From Dimorphilus gyrociliatus (Eukaryota > Animalia > Annelida): a DNA stretch of 64,000 nt. The position numbers and the translations under genes are program-made. The notes under the pieces were generated by a model that did no database searches, was not told where the DNA came from, and saw only the letters and a program-made list of their open reading frames with translations. The stretch lies in contig CAJFCJ010000013.1 in NCBI GenBank assembly GCA_904063045.1, positions 602,156 to 666,155 of the forward strand, in the 5' to 3' direction. Each line of letters opens with the position of its first letter. Positions within the stretch are counted from its first letter, which is position 1. Below are positions 34,101 through 46,177 of this stretch, in pieces.

Positions 34101-37100
34101 TTAAAACTTTACAACTGATATCTTCGCCTATATTACTTACTTCCACAGTTTATCTGTCTACGACGATATCCTATAACTCCCCTCCTATAAAAATAATTAT
34201 ACTCACATTCTGAAGACTACATGTACAATAGGGTTGAAGTTTGAATGAGATAAATATGACAGGCGATGAACCATTCGTCGTCAAAAGTATGTCTGCCGAG
34301 ACGATAGGGGTGCTAGCTGAAAGTGAAACGTTCAAAATGAGGTATTTCTGAGAAATCTTTAAAAAAAACAAAATATGGAAAGTTTTGGCAGTGTTTTTCA
34401 CAAACTTTTTGGAATGAATTCAAGCATATAAAGGGAATATACGAACTATCTATCATTCATCCAGAAAATGGTACAATAAATCGCCAAAAAGATGTAAACT
34501 ATTGACAATACATGATATTCATCGTGTACTCATTATTACTCTACAACATTTACATATAGTAAGTAACAATTTTTTTCTGGATGACGTAATTTAACGTTGA
34601 TAATAGTAATAATAATAATAATAATAATCATCATCATATGAAGATCGTTTAAACATGGATAACAATAGATGAAAACGTATATTTAGTTTTGCAAGTAGAT
34701 CATATTTTATTTTTATCTTATTGACATAAACAAGTAATAGAAAAAAATAGAGTAGCTTATTTGAGGGACAACAAAATAAAAAACTTGAATCAATATACTC
34801 GGATATTATTTGGAACAAAAACATGTTTTTGAGCGAATGACAAGACAATTTGAGCAATTGCAGTTTTTTTTTTCGTAATTTTTTATTAAGGTTAAAAAAC
34901 AGAGATGCTAAAAACGTTGTTCCGATTTTAGGGTTAAAGACAAAAGTCCTAGATCTGAAGGATTTCTAGTTGAACTCTCACAAAAGAAAGAGTCATAGAT
35001 AGATAAGAAAAAGAATACAAGATGTTGGTAAATTATAAAGAGAAGGAAAAACTGTTTCTTACAGATTGCTAATTATGAAGAAAACAGATTTTTTTTTATG
35101 CCACTTGCTCGCTTCCTGTTTTCCACTCCCTCTCACAATCTATTTAAAGAGATGCGCTATCTTGGGTAATATGTCAATTGTCTACCTATCAGCATTACAA
35201 ATTTGTAGTAACAGAAGCTTAACTTTTCTTCTATAAAGACTATTGAACTCTTGACGCTTTTAATTCGTGTATTATAGCTTTAATATTAAAAAAATCTTAT
35301 TATGTGAAACTATGATAAAATTTAACGTTAATTATTAATGAACTGTTTGTTTTTTAGTTAAATTTTGTGTTTTTCTTTAAAGAATCTTAAAAGAATCACT
35401 TATGATATACATATATATATATATAAATTATATATATATCAATCGTTATTTTATTATCATCTCTACTCATACTAGCTGTACAATATGAGTAGCGTCAATT
35501 AAAACTACTCTCCATTTGCCACAGACGTCATTCTTCTGGCAGGAGCTGAAACGCGAACACCACTTTATCTGAAGGAAAAAAAAGGTTCTTCCTCTCCCGA
35601 AGTGTACAATGTTCTTTGAAAAAAAAAACAGGTATGTAAAACATTTAAAAAAAAAATAAAGAACGTTTTATGGTATGTAAAATTTAAATTTTTTGTTAGG
35701 CACTTGTTTGAAGAAAGCCATTTGTAGAATGGATGAGAGGACAAGCGAAAGAATTACAAGAGCACAAATGACCAATTTTTTTCAACGTTTAAGAACGGTG
35801 TCGAGACAAAATAAAAGTTTTTCACCTTGAAGTAAGAAGTAACATACTATCTCTCGTATAGAAAATCAAATAGGTTATGTATGTATTATAAGCAATACTT
35901 TACCAAAACGAGCAATGACAATTGATTAATGGCTCTTCCTTTACATTTTAGGTTTAGCATTAGCAGATTTTAACTAGAAGTGATTTGGTAAAGATAATTG
36001 CTCGTTTCCAATTTCACATAAAGTATACTGGGTGGACAAAGGAAGAAATAAGAGTTTTAAAATTGTCGCCTTGAACATAAAAGCCTATAAGCCACCTTTG
36101 AGTTTGTTACATTCTTAGAAAAGCAATTGTAAGACTTTTGTCATAACTGAAAATTGAAAAGTACATGATGGAAATTTTGACATTTTACGGCACTCTTGTT
36201 ACTTTATGGCAGAAGAAATTTACCTTTGAGAAAAGTATTATTGCTTTAAAAGTAAATCGCTGCTTATAATTATTCTTTAGGATACAAGGAATTGATATAA
36301 TAGGTAACTGAATGTGTTTCAGGTGAACATTCTGTATATAGAAAGAGAATTTAAGCAAAACTATTTTCTGAGGAATTGAACTCTGGAAGGGTGAATGAAA
36401 GTTGATTTCTATACAGGGTATCGCTTATTAAATTAATGGCGAACTTAAATTACTTGAATAGTATCAAATTCGACTGCTTTAAAAACTCAAAAAAAAAGTT
36501 GACAACTAAGAAATTCCACGCGTGATTTAAAATTGTCAGTATTTTGAATTGAAGCTCTAATCTATGTAAAATAGCCAATATAAACGAGATTGACTTTTTG
36601 TTTTTACTCCCAAGGCAGGCAAAGAAAGAAATACCCTCGAATCAAATTCAATTAGGAGTTTATTGTTTGCTGATTTTGTAGAAGTAATTTACTATTGAAA
36701 AGGTTCTTACAACCTTGAAGAATTTGAGAAAAATTTTTAATTGTTTCATTGGATGTGGTTTCTATTGGTGATTTGATACTTTTCTAAACCGCAAACTCAT
36801 TTGAAACTGGTTTGTCGGTTATCCTTTAATATCATTTCTTAAAAAATCTATTTCATAAACTAGAAAAATTGAATGGAAATTTATTACATAGCCATACCGA
36901 TAGCATGGTGTATTTGTACATCTACAGGTCGTCTATAGGCTTGGTGTGAACTTTAAACCGACGATTCATTGTTACAAACAAGTTGTCAGTTGGCTAGGCA
37001 CAGCGAACTTGTCAGAAATTCAATAGAACAAATGATTAAAAGTTTTGTTATCTACAATTGTCATTAGACGAATTCAAATTTACGAATGAATACATATGAT

Positions 37101-37194
37101 GAATATCTGCAATTGGCTATTGGGTGCTGGATTTTTTTGTTCCATATAAATTGCCTATTTGCTTTCGGAAAAAGAATCAAAATTGAGTGCAAGT

Positions 37195-37292
37195 CCCTTG
37201 CATGGTCCCACCTCAACGTGGTGCAGGGGTGATAACGTCCTAATAAAGATCTGACTGGCAACTCTGGCAAGATTAGGACGGCTAACGGGACC
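37195..37292 (+). ncRNA. HDV-like self-cleaving ribozyme, copy A
   Basis: P1 CCCUUGC (37195-37201)/GCAGGGG (37223-37229); P2 GGUCCC (37204-37209)/GGGACC (37287-37292); P3 ACC/GGU; L3 UCAACGU; P1.1 CA/UG; P4 CGUCCUAAU (37236-37244)/AUUAGGACG (37272-37280); J4/2 GCUAAC with predicted catalytic C at 37282. Confidence 0.88.
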
Positions 37293-37459
37293 AAGGAGTA
37301 GTTTGAAGGTAGATGGAGGCCATTCAATAAACTCCTAAAGGATACTAAATAAGAATATAATGATGGAAAGTGTTGATGGTGATGAAATGATAGTCTGTAA
37401 ACGTAGAGGACATAAAGAAGTAGATATAAGAAATTGATGGAAAGAAGAGGAAAAAAAGA

Positions 37460-37650
37460 GGCAGTTGACGATAAAGGAGGAGAATAATGATGATGATAAA
37501 AGGAGGAGAATAGTGATGATAAAAGGAGGAGGATGTTGATGATATAGGAGGAGAATAATGATCATAAAAAGAGGATGATTTTGATGGTAAAGGAGGAGAA
37601 TAATGATGATAAAAGAAGAGGAGGATGGTGATGATGCTAAAAAGATGATG
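37460..37650 (+). repeat. Degenerate purine-rich minisatellite (about 21-24 nt unit, GATAAAAGGAGGAGAATAATGAT-like)
   Basis: About 7-8 imperfect tandem units. The minus-strand ORFs 37335..37565 and 37345..37722 are by-products of this repeat. Confidence 0.8.
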
Positions 37651-39538
37651 AATAGATGTTGAAGAAGTAGATAATATAGAAGTCGAAGAAAAATTGAAGA
37701 GAAATTGAGCCATTGTTTCCAATGATGGAAATAATAAATTAAATGTATTTGAAATGTATATGATAATAGTATAAGTTTACATATTGAAAATTGATAGATA
37801 CAAAACTGAAAATTTTTCAGTGCATTGAAAGGAAATGTGTATGTGGTTTTATATTTGTCGAAAGAGTTTTAAAAAATGGAAAATTGGACAACCCTATCAG
37901 AATGATAGATTTTTTTCCTTGATTCGTATAATTTTGCATCCAGTTGATATGGGTCCTTGGAAAAAAAAACAGTGCAGATTTTAATTTTTTTTTAAATTTA
38001 AAAACGCGAATAAGCAAAAAAGTTTTATGATAATTTTTGAAAGTGTTTTTTTGCATTTGCGTTGTCTTGAAAAAGGCATTTAGCTTTATTATCATTTGAA
38101 AGTATACTAAATTTATAACTCGTATCAGAGAGAAAAAGAGTATCTTGCTTTGTAGAGACTCTTAGTTTAATTATACCTGAAAATCTTTTGTAATGTGTTT
38201 TATTTTCTGACGGATGAATTTTGGTGTTGGGCTAATGTTGTTGAACAAATGGTAATTATAAGTTTTATTTTTTTGAAAGACACTTGTAGTGAGAATAAAT
38301 AGGTTAGTGCTTGACTGCTGGAGAATGATACGGAAATCAACTTTTGACCATTATTATTCCTTAGAGACTTATAATTTTGACTTATTATGCTTTAATTTTT
38401 TTTTTGCTACAAAGGGGCTTTTTTCATATTTTGATGCTGAAGAATACCGAAGAAGGAACTCAGTTTTATATATTTTGATCGGTGTTGGGATGCAATGTTC
38501 TGCAAACAGCATAGTGTTTTGAATAAAAGAAAAGGAACAAATGTACTGTTTTGCTCTTTTTGTATTTGCTCGCAGCTGTAATATTTTAATCTCTAGCAAA
38601 TAAGAGATTGTAGGCCTCTGATATCCTCCCTCTCGTAATCTGACATGAACGGGAATCGTATTGCAAAAGTTAGATATTTAAGAATTGGCACACACTTGTA
38701 GGGTAAATTTAGGCTATGTTCTTGATAGAATCTATGAAATGAAATATTCCTTGTTCGTTTCATAATGAGGTCCAGAAAGTGGAACAACGATAATTGTATT
38801 TTTCCCATGCAGAAATTTTTCGCTAACGATTCTAGGCGACACAAATTTTTTGTTTTATAGATTACACTGCTTTAAACAAACACGGAAAAAGTAATCTATT
38901 GGCATATAGCGTATTTTATTTCGTTTTCTGCTATCAGCATCCTTCTAAATTATCGAATAAATACTGTATATTAATGTTTTAATGGTCCTGGTTTCCCTAC
39001 CTCCCTTACCAAATGGAATCGCTTTCTCATAAGTCATTAATTCCTATTGCTTTTTCCTTTGCTATAATTAACTATTTATTTTGTTGTTGTTTCTGTTGTT
39101 ATTTCACGATTAACTTCATCTTTTTCTTCTCTCTCTCTCTCTTAATCTGTCAAAAATAATGAGAGATATTCTTACTCTTTTGGGTACGAAATTTAAAGGA
39201 GTATACTGAATAGAACAAACACACTATTCGTATAGAAAATAAATGAAGCATTGTTCTATCTTCTCTCTTTTTTAATTTCCATGAACTTGCTAGAATAAAA
39301 TCATCATACGATATCTTGGTGAAAATTTTTTATAACACTATTGATTTAAGATCTTTATAGGCTATTTGTGAATAAATTGTCATAATCGAATTTTTATGTT
39401 AGTATTTACCGTAAGTTGTAAAAGTGCAAAGGTTAAATTCTCGCTTTCTTTAATAGTTGACGTACTCGTTTTTTTTTGATTATTGTGGTGCTTTTCGTCG
39501 TTGAATATCATTAAGAGGGAGTACCTACAATGCGAACA

Positions 39539-39574
<36 letters not shown>

Positions 39575-40957
39575 TATTGTAGTTCTTCTGATAAACATAT
39601 TAGTATATTGAGAAATGCTACCTTTAATCGACTTAACGTGTTTCGAAGAAATATCTTATAATCATAGACTTTGTGCATGAAACGTAATATGAAGATATAA
39701 TACATTTCGTATCCGTCTTAAGAGGATAATAAAATTGAAAAAACATGAGTAATTGCTATTAATAATATAATCCAGGGTTGGATCCGGTACCGGTTGCGGA
39801 GGCCTTTTGAAAATAAAGGAACATAAATGTTCGTATAGAAAACGAAGACAAAGAGGAATAGAGAGAAAGATCAATCGTAAAATATACTGTCTAATTATAA
39901 CAGCCAATACGCAGGAAGAAACGAATATTCTTTCTTATTATGTTTCTTTTTGTCATTCTAATTGGGCAGCTTATGAGACAGTAAACCTTTGGCGGATTTT
40001 AGATACCGGATAACTTAGCTGTTATCCGATAATTTAATCACTCTGGCTACAAAGATGATATATATTGACGAAAACCTTGGACAGTTTAGGATGATCCGTC
40101 GATTGTTACAAATAATAGCTACCCGTATTAAATGTTAATGATTTTCCTATTGTCTATTTTATATTTTAATGGTGGTAATCGTCTTTTTATTGTTGGATAA
40201 ATGTCTTTATTTTACGGGAATACAATTTGTTTAATTATTACCCGCATCATTTTTGTCGCCCGTTCTTCTCTTCGCTTCGTTCTCCTTATACCTATAGTTC
40301 TAATTAAACGTACAAGCCTATGTAATAAAACTATATTTTTTATTCAAATTGCTCTAATCTAAGAGTTGATTATCAATCTTAAACTTTAAAATAGGCTAAA
40401 TTACGCAAGATAGTTATCAAACGATTGTGTATAGACGTAAATAATACAATTATTCATAATTATATCCTATAGTTGCTCTCTAGAAAATGTCCTTTTCTTT
40501 CCCCCCCTACCCCCTTCCTCTCTCTCTCTCTCTCTCTCTCTGTCTAAATGTGCTTAGTATGGGCATTCTGGTCCGTTAATTTAAACTGAATGAAAATAAG
40601 TGTATAAAAAGGAAAATAGAAGAGCAAGCGATGATCGTGGGAAAGATTATATATATATATATATAAAGATAGAAGAGTAGAGACTTCTGTTGTTTGTAAT
40701 AGCTGCTTTTTCAATTGTTTGAACACGTTTTTGCATTAGATTAATAGTTTTTAGGCTATATAATATAAACCAGGTTTTGTTGTTCTATATTAAATAAGCC
40801 CCACCTAACGTATAAATCTATTATTTTAAAGAGATACTAATTATTCAAGATTTTCCTAAATTAAACGGAAAAGTCCATTAATTTATTCGGTTTCGTATAA
40901 TTAATTATTCCTTTGACTAGAAGGTATTCTCTACTTTTGCTTCAATTCGTTACCTCT

Positions 40958-40996
40958 CCCCGCCTCCTTCCCCTCCCTGCCCCCCGTCCCCCGCCC
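40958..40996 (-). promoter_or_regulatory. GC-box / G-quadruplex-capable tract upstream of the tetraspanin gene
   Basis: Minus strand GGGCGGGGGACGGGGGGCAGGGAGGGGAAGGAGGCGGGG in AT-rich surroundings, about 1.3 kb upstream of the tetraspanin ATG. Putative 5'UTR splice sites lie at ~41831 and ~42130. Confidence 0.4.
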
Positions 40997-42340
40997 TATT
41001 AAAAACTCGTGTCAGAACAAAAAGAGAGAGCGAGCGAGAGAGCGAATGCGTGTGTGTATGTATTGGGAGGAGAAGAAAGCGAAAACATTCATCCATTGTC
41101 AATTGTATTCTTTTTTCCCTGAATTGTTAGATTGTTTGAACAGACCTTTCACATGGGGATTAGATGCGCTATAAAACAATCATCGTTTGCGTATTAATAA
41201 CATAAAAAACAAACAGTTTTTAAGCAAAAAAAAGCTTTTTATTTTAGAAATATGGCTGATTTTAAAAATTATTCGAAAAAAGGTCAGAAAGACCGTCAAG
41301 ATGTTGCCTAAATTTATGTTCGGTTGCGTGCACTTTACTGTATATGCAAAACACCTGTTGATGTTTTTATAATCGAAGGAATACGGTATTATGAAACTAT
41401 CTTTTTGTTTAATAAATGCCATTTTATATTTGCTGAATTTTAATATATTTTCCGCTTGGATATAAAATTGGATCTTGCTTTTAATTTATAGAATTAAAAT
41501 CTTTTGTTCTATCAAGGTTTTATCATATTGAATAGTAATAGTTTTTGTATGTAATGGAAAAATATGGTATACGGAATCTCTTGAAAGTCTTTGGAAATTT
41601 GCTGAATAGGTTTTAGTTTTTTTAGAAGGCTTTTACCGTGTTTACTAAGGTTAAACGAAGAAACTACAGTTGTTCTCAGAAGAATAACACCTAATTGAAT
41701 TTTGTGGCGCGTAGCAGACGAGAATGAAATTTTGGACACTGCTTTGAATAAATAGAACATAGTTCGATTGCATGCATCGGCAATGAGAGAATGGAGTTTT
41801 GATGAAGATTAATTTTCGCCTGGAAGAGAGGTAATATTTAATTTACGCTGTGATCTTTTATATATTCATTTATTACTCATTCATAACTAACATACCATTA
41901 GAAAATATTCAAAAGAGATTTTCACCAAACAAGAATTTTGGCTCTTTTCACCCGGGTTCATTGTTATTCACACTAGTCTTATTTCAATATCGCGTATCCG
42001 CAGCAACAAAGAGACTTCTATATAAATAAGGAAATACCTAGCTCGCTTAATATAATGTATTTTAATACGATTGTAAACTTTTATATTTGTTATTAGAAGA
42101 AATTCATAAGAAATGTATTCTTTTTTCTCAGCAGCAGCCGTGGATAAATCCGAAATTAATTTATGTAGGAGGAAAACGCTACCCTCAATTGAGAGCTAAA
42201 TCCTTGTAATTCCCCAAATATTTTACGCCTTATCGGAAAGTGAGTTATTAGAGATCATTCTCTTGACTGGATTACAATTAATAATAAAGTGTCTAATTAA
42301 TAGTTAACATAATCTACAGCAATACAGTTATTTCGCCGAG

Positions 42341-43387
42341 ATGATGCAGTCACAGCAACATTTTCGAACAGTGGTTCCAAGAGTGAGAGGAAGGGATGAC
42401 GGATGTTGCGGTATATCTTTCCTAAAGGCGGCTTTATACGTTTTTAATTGCTTCTTTTGGGTAAGAATTTACCACTTAATTCGTCTTATTCTGATTCTTT
42501 TTCGCCCTCTTCTGAAAGGATAAGAGAAAAGAAGATAAATCCATATATAAATAGTTTTTATATTTTTTAAATCCATTTTTGTTTCTTTTAGTGCTCTGGT
42601 TTGACTGTGGGAGCTTTAGGAGTATATACTCTTATAATGAAGTATGATTTCGCCTATATTCTTCCAAACTATTTCTACCACATAATCACTTACTCATTAA
42701 TCGGGATCTGCGCAGTTATTATGTTAGTTGGTATATTTGGTTGTTGGGCAGCCATGACAGAGCGTCGAAAGTGTCTGTTATTTTATTGTGTATGCCTAGC
42801 AATAGTCTTATTCTTGGAGGTAGCTTGTGGCGCTGTCGCCTACTATTACGATACATCAATAGAGAAACAACTAGCGTCTTTCGTAAAGGAGACTATGCAA
42901 AAACATTATTTTGACGACGAAAAAGCGAATTCTGCTATAAACAAGATGCAACAGCAGTTTCGTTGCTGTGGTGCTACTGGCTATAAAGACTGGACTGTTT
43001 TGTTTAACCAGAAGAAGAATGAGAATCCTAATTTTCATAATTTGGTACCTGACTCGTGTTGCATAACAGTTAGCGACAGTTGTGGCTCTACTCAACATCC
43101 ATCCAATATTTATCACTTGGTAATAATAATAATAATATTTCATTATTAAAAATAGTCACTTTATTAATTCCATACTTTTATCTTTATTATAGGGTTGTGT
43201 CACAGAATTGGGTAGATATGTTAGAGATCATCTATTAATTATAATTGGTATTGGATTAGGAGTAAGTCTCCTCCAACTGGTTGGACTTGTGGTAGCTAGC
43301 CTACTAGCTAAAAAACTCAAAAAGCTCCAAGTTAACGGACATACAAACAGCTTTAAAAATCAACCCAACGAATGGATGATGCATTAA
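42341..43387 (+). CDS. Tetraspanin, CD151/TSPAN11-like
   Basis: Exons 42341-42460, 42592-43119, ~43193-43387. Motifs CCGISFLKAALYVFNCFFW, GIFGCWAA, EC2 CCG...PDSCC...C...GC; four TM segments. Confidence 0.92.
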
Positions 43388-44571
43388 CGGATGTAGTTCA
43401 AATTATATTTTTGTATCTTCTTTATTATTCTTATCATTATTACTATTACTATCATCATTATTATTATTATTATCATATTTCTAATAACTCTCTTTTTTTC
43501 CCCTGTCCTCTTATTTTTAAATTTACCTAAAGAGAGATAAAAAAGAAAAAACTCTCGACAAACAGAGCGTGTAAACAAAAAATTATCGAAACATAAGCAG
43601 TTTTTCTATTTAAATTTATGTTAATTTAATGAAGAAAAAAAAGAAAAGATATAGAAAAAAAATGTTAACTGGCTAAGTATTATCATTCCTGTTTAGTCGT
43701 GAAAATCGTTGTCAAATTTAGTAGTTTGTTAAGATAAGGAAGAGATGAGATTTTTTCGTACGGGTTTTTCGTTTGTCTAACATTTTTCATAACTATTCTT
43801 TCTTTGATATATTGTTTCATGTTTTCTTCTTCTTTTTCTTCTTTGTTGTTGTTTTTTTTAATTCTTAACGATTCTATCCTAACGAAGATAGAGAAGGAGA
43901 AAAAGAAATTTGGAAGAGTTTATTTTTTTGTTTACTACTACAATTTCTTCGTCTTCTTCCATTGTTCTCTCTTCTTATCAGCTATTTGTTTATACTTTAA
44001 TTAATTGGAATATTCAATATTTTCTTTATATGTATACATTATAACTTTTTTATATCTAAATACAAAAATCTTTTGATAAAACAACAAAGATGGCGGTGAG
44101 AGAACCCCTCGAATTCTAGATAGGTTTATAGACGTAGCTGGCGGTATATGCACGCGCGTAGAAGGTCGAGAATGCAGTCAAATGAGTAATGGTACGAGAA
44201 TGCTATTGCAGATTTTACAGTAGGCGCGGTGCATAAAGCATAGCATTCAGTTTGGACCAGTCCGCTTTGGTGTGAGGAACACTTGAAAGCCGTAAAAAGT
44301 TTGTATAATTTTTCCAATATCATTATTATTCCTAGTTATTTTAAAAATAGACTTTAATATTTATATTAGATTGCAGTAATAGTTTTAACAAAGAACCAAA
44401 GGGCGTCATTTTTTTTATTCAATAAAGATTAAGGCCTAGTAATAGAAAATGGAAATAAATTACTTTTATCAAATTGTTAGACACATATGAACAGGTAAGA
44501 GATTCACTTGTAATTTATTGCAGTTTTCCAGGAAAAAAACGGGTTTTATTTAAGAAATAAAAGTGAGAGAT

Positions 44572-44602
<31 letters not shown>

Positions 44603-44801
44603 ATCGTATAGGCTGAGATTAGAACTGATTCTATTTATAGCCGTCCCTCATCAGCTTTGTAAATGTACGTTTTTTTTCTCGCTCGTGCGCCCGAAAAAAG
44701 AATTAGGAGCCGGTTAATTTTATTTTCGTAATCGGAAACTAAAGTTAATTATTTTTTTTTTAAAAAACAAAAAATAACAAAAATCAGCAGTTTATTGGTG
44801 A

Positions 44802-46177
44802 ATGGACGCAAAAGCAGAAAGCAAAAAGGTATTTGTACTTATTTATTGAAATTCTCAATTCTATCTTCCATCTTTGTTCGTACTCACTTGTAGACTGAGA
44901 AGAAAAAAGCAGTAGTAGACGACGTAAAAGAGAAATACGAGTCGGGAGAAGAGAAGAAGAGAGAGAAGATAATGAGAGAACCGAAAAAGCTAGATAACAA
45001 TTGGGAAGAGAAAAATGCCGAACCGTCATCTCCTCTTAAAGATATGAATTTACCAGATGCCGAATTGGTTTTATTGGAGGCCGCTAGTAAGCATAAAGAT
45101 AAAACTATCTATCAGAATGGAAAATCTGCGAATAAAACTGCTCAGGAACCGGTGAATAGACGTGTAGTTGAAAAGGTGGCTCCACCAGCAATTGCCCAAA
45201 ACGTACGTAAGATGTTTGAAACGGGAGAGATACCTGACGTTCACGAAGTTCGTAAGACAAAGATTGACCTCAGAGCTAAAGACGGTGGTGTTTTTGAAAA
45301 CGAACCTTGCGTCCGAAATGACGTAATTAGGGGTAACGATACCAGTATGGATGAACTTAAATCGTTAGAAAAAGGTACAGCCAAGACGTTAAAGAATAAA
45401 TGGATGAACATTTCCACCGAAGAGAAAGAGTCCAAAGAAAAGAAGAAAAAGGATCCAATAAAGTTATTCAATGAATCTGAGTGTACTCCTATCGTGGCTG
45501 AGAATCAACCAGTCGTCAGAGATGATGTGACTAAATCGGATTACGTGCCAGATAATCTGGATTTCGAGAGAGGCAAAATAAAGAACCTCGGAAATTATTT
45601 TAAAGAAGCAGCTCAAGAACAAAATACAACTAAAACTGCTGTCAAAAATGGTCCGATTAGAATAGAAAAGTCTCATGAGCCAACCGTTCATGAAAATCAA
45701 CCGGTTAAACGAGAGGATGTCTTCAGGGAAGACTATTCGCAAGATGATAGAGAAGTTCTCGAGAAAGGTAAAGCTAAGACCTTAGCAAAAACCTTTTTAG
45801 AGAGTCAGAAAGACAATAAAGGAGAAAGAAAACAACCTATTGTTATCGATAAAGCGGCGGGTCCAACTGTTTTGGAAAATCAACCCGAGTTTCGGGATGA
45901 TGTTGTCCGCGAGGACTGTAGCGATTTAGAGGAATTAAGGAAAATCTCCAGTGAGAAGGGCAAGATAAAGAATATGGCGTCGAGTTTCATTTCGAGGAAG
46001 GATCAAGAAAAACCGCAGCTTACAAGACCTACCCCACGCTTGAGAGATCATTGGCTTGAAAGTGACGGACAACAAACGACGGATGGACCTCCAACACAGG
46101 TTCGTAATTATTGGTTAGTAACTGTGGCAGTCTTGGTCTGTTCAATTGCAGTTGGTGCGCTTTACGCCTCCACGTGA
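44802..46177 (+). CDS. Charged protein with four internal ENxP...DV repeats and a C-terminal TM anchor
   Basis: Exon 44802-44828 (MDAKAESKK) splices in frame to 44894-46177. Repeats FENEPCVRNDVIR, AENQPVVRDDVTK, HENQPVKREDVFR, LENQPEFRDDVVR are each followed by (L/S)E(K/R)GxxK. The protein ends in a hydrophobic WLVTVAVLVCSIAVGALYAST*. Confidence 0.8.

Noticed and set aside
36368-36400. Hammerhead ribozyme core (CTGAGGA...GAAA with a plausible stem II)
   Set aside because: No stem I or stem III partner with an NUH cleavage triplet upstream or downstream.
44087-44300. RNase P RNA (TGGCGGTGAGAG start and AGAAGGTCGAGA resemble the P1 and CR-I regions)
   Set aside because: No CR-V/P4 partner and no 3' P1 strand found within the following ~400 nt.
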